49,883 nucleotides of DNA from an uncultured Algimonas sp. Its GTDB lineage: Bacteria; Pseudomonadota; Alphaproteobacteria; Caulobacterales; Maricaulaceae. The notes beneath the pieces were generated by a model. It had not been told where the DNA came from, did no database searches, and saw nothing but the letters and a program-made list of their open reading frames with translations. Numbering within the stretch: the first letter of the stretch is position 1; each line of letters begins with the position of its first letter. A program made the position numbers and the translations under genes. Of the stretch, positions 1 to 8,747 are shown in pieces. The stretch spans positions 1 through 49,883 of the forward strand of contig CAYGSV010000001.1 in assembly GCA_964352635.1 (NCBI GenBank), read 5' to 3'.

Positions 1-2
1 GT

Positions 3-866
3 CGTGGACAACGCGTCGGATTATTTGCGGGTTCAGGCGTGGGAAAGTCAACGCTTCTGGGGAATATCGCTCGCCACACAGATGCCGATATTACCATCAT
101 TGCTTTAATCGGGGAACGTGGCCGTGAAGTTCGTCATTTCGTAGAAAAAACTTTAGGGCCAGAAGGTATGGCCAAGACAATCGTCTTTGCGGCGACATCG
201 GATATGCCCTCAGCGATTAAACTCCGCACAGCCCAACTCGCCATGGCGACGGCAGAGTATTTCCGCGATGAAGGCCAACAAGTCTTATGTTTATTCGACT
301 CCCTTACGCGCTATGCCGAGTCACACCGCGATGTCGCTTTGAGCGCAGGGGAAGTTCCCGCTTTGAAAGCCTTCCCGCCCTCAACTTTCCGATCCCTCGC
401 CGCTCTTTGTGAACGCTCTGGCCCAGGGCTTGATGATAAAGGCGATATCACGGCTGTCTTTAGTGTTCTCGTTGCAGGGTCTGATATGGAAGAGCCTATT
501 GCCGATATGGTACGCGGTATTTTAGACGGGCATATTATTCTCACCCGTCAAATTGCAGAGCGCGGGCGTTTCCCCGCCATTGATATTCGTCGCAGTGTAT
601 CGCGCTCGCTACCCGAAGCGGCGACTGAAGATGAAAACCAACTTCTTCGCCAAGGGCGTGAACATATTATGCGGTTTGAAGAAGCTGAAGCCATTATCCA
701 AGCAGGTTTATATGTTCCCGGTAGCGATCCGAAATTGGATGCCGCTATTAAATACTACCCAGACCTAGATAATTTCATTGGCGCGAATGACGGTGGCGGC
801 ATTGAAGAGAGTTTCGTCAAATTAAGTGGAATACTTCAACCCGAAGAGATTGAAGAAAGCGCTTAA
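3..866 (+). CDS. fliI: Flagellum-specific export ATPase FliI (5'-truncated by window edge)
   Basis: Frame open from position 3: RGQRVGLFAGSGVGKS (Walker A), ALIGERGREV, DSLTRYA (Walker B), ILDGHIILTR; flagellar context. Confidence 0.95.
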   Translation, partial: RGQRVGLFAGSGVGKSTLLGNIARHTDADITIIALIGERGREVRHFVEKTLGPEGMAKTIVFAATSDMPSAIKLRTAQLAMATAEYFRDEGQQVLCLFDSLTRYAESHRDVALSAGEVPALKAFPPSTFRSLAALCERSGPGLDDKGDITAVFSVLVAGSDMEEPIADMVRGILDGHIILTRQIAERGRFPAIDIRRSVSRSLPEAATEDENQLLRQGREHIMRFEEAEAIIQAGLYVPGSDPKLDAAIKYYPDLDNFIGANDGGGIEESFVKLSGILQPEEIEESA

Positions 867-1714
867 CTATTAGAAAGCAGTATATTCAAAATACTACTAG
901 ACCCGACGCCTGAGCCGCCACCAAGAATTGTGAGCGCGGCAAATCCAGGCGTAGAACTTGAGGGTCCTGCATCAATTTCTTGACGTAACAGATAGTCTTT
1001 CACCAGCGATTCAACATTGGCAGGATCAGCGAACACCTCAATTGATTTTTCTCCAAACTTTTGGAACGCTTTATCTTTTAAAATTTCGACCTGGCGATCG
1101 ACATCCAAAGCCGAAAATTCAGACGGCAAATTAAAGGCCCCTTCAATAACGGTTCGCATGGGTACAGACCCCATTAGGCGAAACCAGCCCCCATTTTCTG
1201 TTGACCCTTGACCTGTATATTCATCAATACGGCGTTCAAAATTTAGAGATAGCCGCATATTTTGATCAACATCACCAACCTCAATCTCAAAGGCTTGACG
1301 TTCATATTTATCAGCGAGGTCATTAGCAACAACCGTTGAAATTCGAAGCTCGCCGCTGTCAAAGTTAAACCTCTCCGCCAAGGCGAGATAATCAGGATTG
1401 TTTAGGCGAACCGCAAAACTCGCAGCTTCACCCGGTGCAGCAGAACGAATACCTTCTTCTAAAATTTTACGAACAAAGGCGCCTTTATCAATTTCTTCAC
1501 CGAGACCAAAAGCCCCTAATGCAACTTTTTGAATACGGCGGTCCCCCATAAAATCATCGAGAGTTTTGATATTGCCAATATTTTCTTTAAAATAATCTAT
1601 ATCACGTTTGATCTCTGGCGATTTACCAAAAAGGTCTTCTTGCCTGTCGAGGGTTCTTTGCAGAAAACTCCAACCTGTAAGGCCAGAGCTGGGTATGACA
1701 GGCGCGAATGTCAT
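863..1714 (-). CDS. DUF1217-family flagellar-associated protein
   Basis: N-terminus GLTGWSFLQRT, VALGAFGLGEEI and AFNLPSEF motifs; usual position downstream of flbT in alphaproteobacterial flagellar clusters. Confidence 0.8.
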   Translation of the reverse strand: MTFAPVIPSSGLTGWSFLQRTLDRQEDLFGKSPEIKRDIDYFKENIGNIKTLDDFMGDRRIQKVALGAFGLGEEIDKGAFVRKILEEGIRSAAPGEAASFAVRLNNPDYLALAERFNFDSGELRISTVVANDLADKYERQAFEIEVGDVDQNMRLSLNFERRIDEYTGQGSTENGGWFRLMGSVPMRTVIEGAFNLPSEFSALDVDRQVEILKDKAFQKFGEKSIEVFADPANVESLVKDYLLRQEIDAGPSSSTPGFAALTILGGGSGVGSSSILNILLSNS

Positions 1715-1720
1715 GAGAAG

Positions 1721-2176
1721 CTAGGCAGAATGTGCCATTTTGATATCCACATCATTAGACGCAAGCTTTACAATAGGTTTGGTCTTATCCAAAAGCCCAG
1801 CCTCAATATCAAACAATGATTTCAATGTATAAAGCACAGAATAATAACGACCTTTTTCAAATGCCTTTTGCGCTTTTTCTAATGTCGGGCTCATAGGTGT
1901 GCCATCGAACACGGCCTGCAATGCATCAAGACCAGACTTCACGTCTCCGCCGAGTGCATCGGCATTCCCATCCCCTGACAAGATTATTTGAACAGCATAA
2001 TAAACACGCTTTACGGGTGTATCGACTTCATCTGGGTGAAGCGCATCGCTGACACGTAGGACGAAAACGTCATCATTTGGAATACAAATTTGTGAGCGCT
2101 TATCACCGTTTAATAAAAGCGCACCGTTTACCAAAAAACGTTCATTGGGTTTAAGGCTGATGACGAGTCCAGACAT
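1721..2176 (-). CDS. flbT: Flagellin translational regulator FlbT
   Basis: MSGLVISLKPNERFLVNGA and TPVKRVYYAVQ signature; follows flaF. Confidence 0.92.
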   Translation of the reverse strand: MSGLVISLKPNERFLVNGALLLNGDKRSQICIPNDDVFVLRVSDALHPDEVDTPVKRVYYAVQIILSGDGNADALGGDVKSGLDALQAVFDGTPMSPTLEKAQKAFEKGRYYSVLYTLKSLFDIEAGLLDKTKPIVKLASNDVDIKMAHSA

Positions 2177-2607
2177 TAGGCGACCTCTTGTATTGATGTA
2201 GTTGGCATTTGATTTTGCATATTGTTTTTCTGCGCCATTAGCGCGGTCTTTAAACCAACAATAATTGAGTCATTCACTTCAATAAGAATCCCCATCCCAG
2301 CTTCACCGCGAAACACACGTTGCGTATGCTCTTGTGTAAACTCGGCGAGTGAGATGAGGTTCTTTTTAAGATCAAGTGGGAGTTGATTTTCTTGACTAAC
2401 AAGGTCGCAGAACAAAATGTTCCAGAGCTTGGCATTATCAATGAGGGCTTGCGCCATAACGGAGTTTAATTGTGTGGAATTCTTATTGGCTTGTGCGCGA
2501 AGGCGGGCCGTGATGGAAGTGAACAATTGTAGCTCTATATGCTTATCAGACGCAGTTTCTTGTTTAACTTTACCGTAACTGCGGAGCGCTTGTTGTCTTT
2601 GATCCAT
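2176..2607 (-). CDS. flaF: Flagellar biosynthesis regulator FlaF
   Basis: ALIDNAKLWN...ENQLPLDLKKNLISLA motif; between flagellin and flbT. Confidence 0.92.
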   Translation of the reverse strand: MDQRQQALRSYGKVKQETASDKHIELQLFTSITARLRAQANKNSTQLNSVMAQALIDNAKLWNILFCDLVSQENQLPLDLKKNLISLAEFTQEHTQRVFRGEAGMGILIEVNDSIIVGLKTALMAQKNNMQNQMPTTSIQEVA

Positions 2608-2644
2608 CTTCTTATCGTCCTAATAAGTCTTTTTATGCGTTGTA

Positions 2645-2668
2645 TCGGAGCGGGCGAACCCGCTCCGA
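2645..2668 (-). other. GC-rich RNA hairpin (10-bp stem, UUCG loop) between flagellin and flaF, no U-tract
   Basis: Minus strand TCGGAGCGGG-TTCG-CCCGCTCCGA. Confidence 0.7.
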
Positions 2669-2688
2669 ACGGCTTTGGGAACCGTATT

Positions 2689-3912
2689 TTATCTAAACAG
2701 TGACAAGAGTGACTGTGGTGCTTGGTTGGCGATAGATAACGCCTGAACACCGAGCTGCTGTTGTACCTGTAGTGACTGCAAACGTGCAGACGCTTCTTCG
2801 AGGTTAGCATCCGTCATGGCGCCAATGCCTGTTTTCAAGCTGTCTGAAAGTGTGCTGATAAACTCGTTCTGGTTATCAATACGCTTTTGCTTTGAACCGA
2901 ATTCGGCCGTCGCATCAATCGCTGTCTGAAGAAGACCATCAATCGCTGTCAAAGCGGCAGTTGCACCTTCTGATGTTGAAACATCAAGAGCAGCAAGGCC
3001 ATTTAAGCCACCTGCGACTGTACCGGCTTCTGTCGTGATAGCACCAATTGTCACGTCATTTGCATTAGATGCTGCAACTGCCGTGTTAGTTAATGTAACC
3101 ACATTACCAGATACAGACGCAGTCAATGTGTCTGCAATCGCTGAGCTATCATCATCAAGGGCTGTGTTAATCGCTTCAGAAAGACCTGCTGCAATTGCAT
3201 CTTCGTCAAGACCAGCAGCGGCTGTATAAGATACTGCAGTGCCGCCAACGTCTAGGGAATAAACCGTTGCATCCTCAGTTGTTGTGCCCGCCGCAATCGT
3301 GATTGTGGGGGCAGTACCACTATTTTCTACCGCAGTCGGGCCTGACAATGTTGCACCTGTAGCCGCAGATGCAGCAACTGATGCAAGGTCTGCAGCGGCT
3401 GTTGAAAGATCATTACGGCCAACAGCAATACGACCCGCAGAAACTGTACCATCATCTTGACGGTTCAATGAAGATAGCACTTCGATATTACCGGCACCCT
3501 TAAGAAGGTTTTGGCCATTGAAAGAAGCGGCATCAACGATAGAGCCGATTGTGCCTGTGAGTTCAGTAATATCAGTTTGATATTTTGCACGATCAGTATC
3601 TGATACAGATGGATCATTCGCCGCAACGATCAATGACTTTGCTTCTTGAAGAAGACCTGTTACTTGATCAGAGGCAGAACGTGCCACACCAACAGTCGCA
3701 GAACCGAGGTTCAAGCTGTCAGAAACTTGATCAAATGATTTAACATCAGATTCCATTACTGTCGCAATGGACCAGATAGCGGCATTATCTGTAGATGTTG
3801 AGATTTTTTTACCCGTCGAAATTTGGCTTTGAACATCGCTCAAATTTTTGTTGATACCGCGAAGTGTTTCAAGTGCAACCATTGCACCCTTGTTAGTAAT
3901 AACGCTAGACAT
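2689..3912 (-). CDS. Flagellin 1 (407 aa)
   Basis: MSSVITNKGAMVAL N-terminus and ASARLQSLQVQQQLGVQALSIANQ C-terminus; start moved to ATG 3912 behind AAGGA SD. Confidence 0.96.
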   Translation of the reverse strand: MSSVITNKGAMVALETLRGINKNLSDVQSQISTGKKISTSTDNAAIWSIATVMESDVKSFDQVSDSLNLGSATVGVARSASDQVTGLLQEAKSLIVAANDPSVSDTDRAKYQTDITELTGTIGSIVDAASFNGQNLLKGAGNIEVLSSLNRQDDGTVSAGRIAVGRNDLSTAAADLASVAASAATGATLSGPTAVENSGTAPTITIAAGTTTEDATVYSLDVGGTAVSYTAAAGLDEDAIAAGLSEAINTALDDDSSAIADTLTASVSGNVVTLTNTAVAASNANDVTIGAITTEAGTVAGGLNGLAALDVSTSEGATAALTAIDGLLQTAIDATAEFGSKQKRIDNQNEFISTLSDSLKTGIGAMTDANLEEASARLQSLQVQQQLGVQALSIANQAPQSLLSLFR

Positions 3913-4050
3913 AGGTTTTTCCTTTTCACCCAAATGGGTTTTTAGTTTTGGGATATTTCCCGTTTTGTCCCTTTCGGGACCCCTAAGTCATCCTTGACGC
4001 TGTCATCTCCTTTTTGATTGATTAGAACAGCTAACTCTCCTGAGTTGTTT
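3913..4050 (-). promoter_or_regulatory. Structured flagellin 5' leader with repeated GGA motifs in hairpin loops
   Basis: Minus strand AACTC-AGGA-GAGTT (4033-4046), GTCA-AGGA-TGAC (3987-3998), ATC-AAAAAGGA-GAT (4005-4018), plus three further small hairpins. Confidence 0.6.
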
Positions 4051-4166
4051 TTATGAATACACACCAATTGATAATGATTGGTAAATTGACCGTATTTTAT
4101 TTGGTTTTCAGTCCTGCTTGAGAATACTCTAGATCACAGAGCTGAAATTAATTCTCTGCTAACTAT

Positions 4167-4189
4167 AAGCGCGAATTAAATTCGCGCTT
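4167..4189 (-). terminator. Hairpin/possible terminator after flagellin 2
   Basis: AAGCGCGAAT-TAA-ATTCGCGCTT inverted repeat 17 bp past the stop codon; weak U-tract. Confidence 0.55.
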
Positions 4190-4206
4190 GCGTTGTTTCA
4201 TTCATC

Positions 4207-5493
4207 TTATTGGAAAAGAGAGAGTAAGGCTTGTGGCGCTTGGTTCGCAATAGACAACGACTGTGTTCCCAATTGCTGTTGCACTTGTAATGACTGCAAA
4301 CGAGCAGACGCTTCTTCAAGGTTCGCATCTGTCATCGCGCCGACGCCTGTCTTCAAACTATTCGTCAATGTCGTGATGAATTCGTTCTGGTTATCAATAC
4401 GTTTTACTTTTGAACCAAATTCAGCCGTCGCATCAATGGCCGTTTGCAAGAGCACATCAATGCCTGATAAGGCAGCCTCTGCTCCATCAACCGTTGTAAT
4501 ATCAATTTCAGATAAGTCAGCTAATCCACCAGCGGCCTCTGCTTCTTGCTCAGCGATGTCCGTTGAGATGGCAGAAAAAGCGACATCAAGGTTCCCGCCG
4601 CCACCTGGGTCTGCATTACCGTTTGTAATTGTGAGAACTAGATCTCCGCCCGCATCATCCGCAGGCGTCGTCACAACTGCCGTTAGGCCCGTAGCACCCG
4701 TCGAAGACGCAATACTTGCGATAAGGCCCGTCGCGACATCATTTAAATCATCGCCCGCTTGAGCTTCGTAAGTAATAACAGTCGCGGCACCGCCTGTCCT
4801 TGTCGCCGTAAAGCTATAAGTTGACCCTGCTGTAACAGCACCGTCACCACCATTAATGGTCAATGTGGTATCTGTATCAGCATCAGCAACACTTGCCGCA
4901 AGCGTAATACCGCCTTCGGCAGTAATACCACTAGCACCTCCCGCAACCGTAGCGGCAGAGACATTTGGGATTTCTGCATTAGCAGATAAATTTTGCCTCG
5001 CGACACTAATCCGTCCAGCCGTTACAGTCCCATCATCTTGACGATTAAGCGAGGACAAGACTTGAACAGTCCCTGTGCCTTTCAATAGGTTCTGACCATT
5101 AAAAGAGGCCGCATCAACAATATTATTAATTGTTCCCCGAAGCTCATTAATATCAGTTTGGTATTTTTGTCTGTCTTCGTCTGTCACAGAGGCATCATTC
5201 GCGGCCACAATCAACGCTTTCGCATCTTGCAAGAGGTTCGTCACTTGATTAGCGGCGGATTGTGCAACACCCACCGTCGCAGAGCCGAGGTTCAAACTAT
5301 CTGTAATTTGTTCGAATGATTTAACATCAGATTCCATTACTGTCGCAATAGACCAGATCGCAGCATTATCCGTAGATGTTGATATCTTCTTACCCGTAGA
5401 GATTTGGCTTTGAACATCTGCTAGATTTTTATTAATCCCGCGAAGTGTCTCAAGAGCAATCATGGCTCCCTTATTGGTGAGTACGCTAGACAT
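4207..5493 (-). CDS. Flagellin 2 (428 aa)
   Basis: Conserved flagellin N- and C-termini nearly identical to flagellin 1; start moved to ATG 5493 behind AAGGA SD. Confidence 0.96.
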   Translation of the reverse strand: MSSVLTNKGAMIALETLRGINKNLADVQSQISTGKKISTSTDNAAIWSIATVMESDVKSFEQITDSLNLGSATVGVAQSAANQVTNLLQDAKALIVAANDASVTDEDRQKYQTDINELRGTINNIVDAASFNGQNLLKGTGTVQVLSSLNRQDDGTVTAGRISVARQNLSANAEIPNVSAATVAGGASGITAEGGITLAASVADADTDTTLTINGGDGAVTAGSTYSFTATRTGGAATVITYEAQAGDDLNDVATGLIASIASSTGATGLTAVVTTPADDAGGDLVLTITNGNADPGGGGNLDVAFSAISTDIAEQEAEAAGGLADLSEIDITTVDGAEAALSGIDVLLQTAIDATAEFGSKVKRIDNQNEFITTLTNSLKTGVGAMTDANLEEASARLQSLQVQQQLGTQSLSIANQAPQALLSLFQ

Positions 5494-5572
5494 AGGCTTT
5501 TTCCTTTTCGAGGCTTCCTGCTTCTTCAAAAGGTGTTGTGTTTGGAATCCTTCTCCAAATTAAACACTTATT

Positions 5573-5950
5573 TTATACCAGTTTGGTCTTCAGGCCTGGT
5601 ATGTCCTGTATGTAAACGGTTTTGCCAAAGCGATTATACGCCCCGACCTTTTTCTCTGTATTTCTAATTGAGGCGATTTGTTTATAGGCCGTCTTCACAC
5701 TGTTAATGGCGCTTCGCATAAGACGATCATTTTCTTTCAAAAGGCGCTGCAAGTCATTTAATTCGCGCGCGAGCAGTCTCTTATGGTTGGACTGACTCAA
5801 GCGTTGAGCGAAACTGTCTAACTCCGTCAGTAAAACTTGTTTCACTGAAACTGTATCTTGCAAAGCCGTGAAAATGCCTCGACGCAGTTGCTCATTTTCA
5901 GAACGTACAACGTGGCGCAGTTTGTTAATGATGGACTTAAGATCGGACAT
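5573..5950 (-). CDS. flgN: FlgN-like flagellar export chaperone
   Basis: Small helical protein (ENEQLRRG...NDRLMRSA...GAYNRFG) between flgJ and flagellin. Confidence 0.6.
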   Translation of the reverse strand: MSDLKSIINKLRHVVRSENEQLRRGIFTALQDTVSVKQVLLTELDSFAQRLSQSNHKRLLARELNDLQRLLKENDRLMRSAINSVKTAYKQIASIRNTEKKVGAYNRFGKTVYIQDIPGLKTKLV

Positions 5951-6284
5951 CTAAAATTCTTTCCAATGCATCACCCTGTTTCGCTGCTAATTTGTCGTAA
6001 AACTTATCAGCAAGGCCAAAGCCGCCCTTCTCAACAATTTTTTCAGCGTAATTATCAATATAGAAGTCTGTGAAAGCGCTGACGTCTTCGCCGCCACCTT
6101 TTGTTAGAGCTTCCCCTAATCCGCTGAATTTTAACATTTGAGAGATGAAAGCCGCTTCAAAATCTTCAGCCGCTTCTCGTAGCTTAGGGTCATTCCTTTC
6201 ATTACTTGCCTTATCCGTCTTTAAATCTGTGTTTAAATCCGAACGCGTCTTCATGACATTCAATGCTAACAATGAATCACTCAT
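5937..6284 (-). CDS. flgJ: Rod-binding protein (single-domain FlgJ)
   Basis: LREAAEDFEAAFISQML...GGFGLAD rod-binding motif; no muramidase domain; start at 6284 behind GGAGG. Confidence 0.85.
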   Translation of the reverse strand: MSDSLLALNVMKTRSDLNTDLKTDKASNERNDPKLREAAEDFEAAFISQMLKFSGLGEALTKGGGEDVSAFTDFYIDNYAEKIVEKGGFGLADKFYDKLAAKQGDALERILDVRS

Positions 6285-6318
6285 AAAGACCTCCTTAACC
6301 ACGTTTAATCGTAAACTC

Positions 6319-6334
6319 GTAAATGGTTGGTTAA
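6319..6334 (-). promoter_or_regulatory. CtrA-box-like site in divergent flgJ/fliK promoter
   Basis: Minus strand TTAA-CCAACCA-TTTAC, one mismatch to TTAA-N7-TTAAC. Confidence 0.55.
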
Positions 6335-6358
6335 TATATAATGCATATTATTTGGTGT

Positions 6359-7762
6359 ATGAAGGATTCATCATTTCTCCAACCTGTCACGCAGGCTGGA
6401 CCGACAACGTCAATATCAAAACCGCAGAGGGCGTATAAGCCGGACTCTGAGGCTGACCCTGCGCACCATCAAGATGCGGCGTCCGAGTTTAACAAACAAT
6501 TTGATAAAACCCAGACGACTAAAACTCAGACAACTACAACCCAGGCTGACAAAACTTCTGAGGACTCATCAGAGAATAAAGCGGCCAACTCTAATGAAGC
6601 TGACATCAAGCTTGATCCTGACATGGCATCGATTGAGTCCGGGATATGGAAATTCCCTGAAGGCACAAACCCCTTTGAAAGAGTGGGTGAAGAGCTCAAC
6701 TCTAAAGAGGTCGAGACGAATACTTCCGAAGACGTAGCTGTTTTATCGACAATTAAGGCCGAAGCCCCAGTCAGGACAGATGTGACGGCGCTCAATATAG
6801 AAGACTTAATTTATGCTCTGCCAGAGAACGTAGAAGACATCCCCCTGCCCGAAGAGCTTGAGAGCCAAGCTCTGTTACAAACCATAAAGTCAGAAGATCC
6901 AGATAGTGTAATAGAGTCAGAAATTACGCCAGAGATTAAGGCGACCGAAAGTGATATTTATATAGTGCAAACGCAAGCGGCGCAGACTTCTTCCACAGCA
7001 ATCATAAAAGAAACTATTGAAACTCTTCCTCCATTATCTGGCATAACTAATGCGAGGTCTGGCCTATCAACGGACCCCATCATTGAAGAAACGGATTTGA
7101 GTGAAGTTGAAATTGAAGCCTCAGACGTTGATATAGACGGCGCAATTGACTTGGCAGATATGGATATTCAATTACCCAAAGAAGGTAATCAAACCACACA
7201 ACCAAACATCTTCCCGAATTCAGCACAGACCTCTGGCGGACAACCTATTATAGGCCTAGGTGGAGAGCTTGCGGCACCGACTGTTTTCAGTGGCACAACT
7301 TCTGTCACTAATGCAACACCTGTGACAACAACCATTCCGCCTGCAGTCCAAAGCGCTATTATTTCCACAGTGTCTGACGCCATATTAACGGCCAAAGAGA
7401 CGCCCAAAGGGGTTATGGTTCAACTCGACCCACCAGAGATGGGGCGTGTCTATATTGATTTCATGTTCGATGCCGATAATCGCGTCAATGTGGTTGTCAA
7501 AGCGGATAATATTGACAGCTTCAATATACTTAAAGAACGCAGCCAAGACTTCTTACAAATGTTAAGTGATAATGGGTTCTCAAATGTTGACCTGAGTTTT
7601 GAACAACAAAGCTCAAGTGATGGTTCTTCGGAAAATTCAGAGGACGCCCAGTCTTATGGCGTGTCCTATACCGAGGCCGCACAAGACTCCCTTGAAACCT
7701 CATATAGGTCGCCGCTCTATCGCGTAAATGAAGACGAATTACGCCTTGATCTCCGACTTTAA
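6359..7762 (+). CDS. fliK: Flagellar hook-length control protein FliK
   Basis: Long acidic low-complexity N-region plus C-terminal VQLDPPEMGRVYI domain; upstream of flgD. Confidence 0.88.
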   Translation: MKDSSFLQPVTQAGPTTSISKPQRAYKPDSEADPAHHQDAASEFNKQFDKTQTTKTQTTTTQADKTSEDSSENKAANSNEADIKLDPDMASIESGIWKFPEGTNPFERVGEELNSKEVETNTSEDVAVLSTIKAEAPVRTDVTALNIEDLIYALPENVEDIPLPEELESQALLQTIKSEDPDSVIESEITPEIKATESDIYIVQTQAAQTSSTAIIKETIETLPPLSGITNARSGLSTDPIIEETDLSEVEIEASDVDIDGAIDLADMDIQLPKEGNQTTQPNIFPNSAQTSGGQPIIGLGGELAAPTVFSGTTSVTNATPVTTTIPPAVQSAIISTVSDAILTAKETPKGVMVQLDPPEMGRVYIDFMFDADNRVNVVVKADNIDSFNILKERSQDFLQMLSDNGFSNVDLSFEQQSSSDGSSENSEDAQSYGVSYTEAAQDSLETSYRSPLYRVNEDELRLDLRL

Positions 7763-7777
7763 ATAATAGGACTTATT

Positions 7778-8188
7778 ATGAATATTCAAAATCTTGTTGG
7801 CCTGACGACACAAAAAAAACCGTCTGATTATTTATCTCAGTCCATTCCAACAGAACCCCTCAAAGGCCTGACGGATCAACTCGGTAAAGCAGATGTCTTA
7901 TCAGAGGATGGGACGACAACAGATGAAGTCACCCCAACTGAGACACCTTCTTCATCAGCCGCCTCAGAAGCGCGGTCAGATGCAAGTGAAGAATTTGATA
8001 CATTCCTGACATTGTTGACAGCACAGATTAGAAACCAAGACCCACTCGCGCCATTAGATTCAACCCAGTTTGTGGAGCAACTTGCAACCTTTTCTAATTT
8101 AGAATTACAAGCCGAGGGCAATCAAACGCTTGAAAGCATTGCACGTATGATTGAGCAAAGCCTACTCAATCAAAATGCGGGTAGCTAA
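7778..8188 (+). CDS. flgD: Hook cap protein FlgD (short; N-terminal domain only)
   Basis: FLTLLTAQIRNQDPLAPLDSTQFVEQLATFS signature. Confidence 0.88.
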   Translation: MNIQNLVGLTTQKKPSDYLSQSIPTEPLKGLTDQLGKADVLSEDGTTTDEVTPTETPSSSAASEARSDASEEFDTFLTLLTAQIRNQDPLAPLDSTQFVEQLATFSNLELQAEGNQTLESIARMIEQSLLNQNAGS

Positions 8189-8189
8189 A

Positions 8190-8720
8190 CTAGGCATCGC
8201 GCTTGGCGATGTCTAAGATCAAAACATCATTAACGCCTTCATTTAGAATACGGCGTGATGAGCCAAGTAATGTCTCTCGAATTGTTTCGAATGTTTCAGG
8301 CGATGTGAAATCTCCATTAAAAATACCTTCATTTGAAAGCGCCAAGAGATCGCGCATAAAGGCGTCTCTAAGCTTTGGCTCCAATGAGAAACTATTGGAC
8401 GGCGCATCGCCGTTTAGTTCCAAATTGAAATTCATAATCACGAGACTTTTAATTTTCTTCTCGCCCATGACCGGAATAACAAATTGGCGTTTGAATTTCT
8501 GATAACGCACGTCACCGTCTCCATCAGACTTTCCATGGCTGTCTTTTTTGTCTGATTGCTTCTCTTTGCTATGAGAGTCCTTTTTCGTCGCTTTTGAATG
8601 ACCATCATCATGCGCTTCGGCGGAACCTCCCGCTGACATATCTTTATAAAAACTTGCGCCGACACCGCCAGCCACAACAGCGATCATAAGCACAGCCGTT
8701 TTCAAAACTGATTTAATCAT
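8190..8720 (-). CDS. fliL: FliL-like basal-body-associated protein
   Basis: N-terminal TM, FVIPV...EPKLRDAF...VNDVLILD; downstream of flgH. Confidence 0.7.
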   Translation of the reverse strand: MIKSVLKTAVLMIAVVAGGVGASFYKDMSAGGSAEAHDDGHSKATKKDSHSKEKQSDKKDSHGKSDGDGDVRYQKFKRQFVIPVMGEKKIKSLVIMNFNLELNGDAPSNSFSLEPKLRDAFMRDLLALSNEGIFNGDFTSPETFETIRETLLGSSRRILNEGVNDVLILDIAKRDA

Positions 8721-8747
8721 GAGGTTTTCCTAAACTGGTGAAAGGGC

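Noticed and set aside
3983-4006. uORF MTASRMT in the flagellin 1 leader
   Set aside because: The ATG directly abuts GGAG, so SD spacing is unusable; the GGA motifs are better explained as hairpin-loop sites
4193-4762. 189-aa plus-strand ORF (likewise 10854-11459, 21688-22224, 24801-25403, 34733-35386, 45326-45853)
   Set aside because: Antisense shadows of well-supported genes, with no recognisable motifs
5937-6284. FlgJ lacking a muramidase domain as a pseudogene
   Set aside because: Single-domain FlgJ is normal in alphaproteobacteria
6295-6308. TTAA-N6-TTAA as a CtrA box
   Set aside because: Spacer is 6 bp, not 7; the neighbouring 6319-6334 site fits better
4061-6358. Extra copies of the ACACY-N5-RGTGT motif at 4061, 5564 and 6354
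   Set aside because: Half-sites only; the partner half does not match
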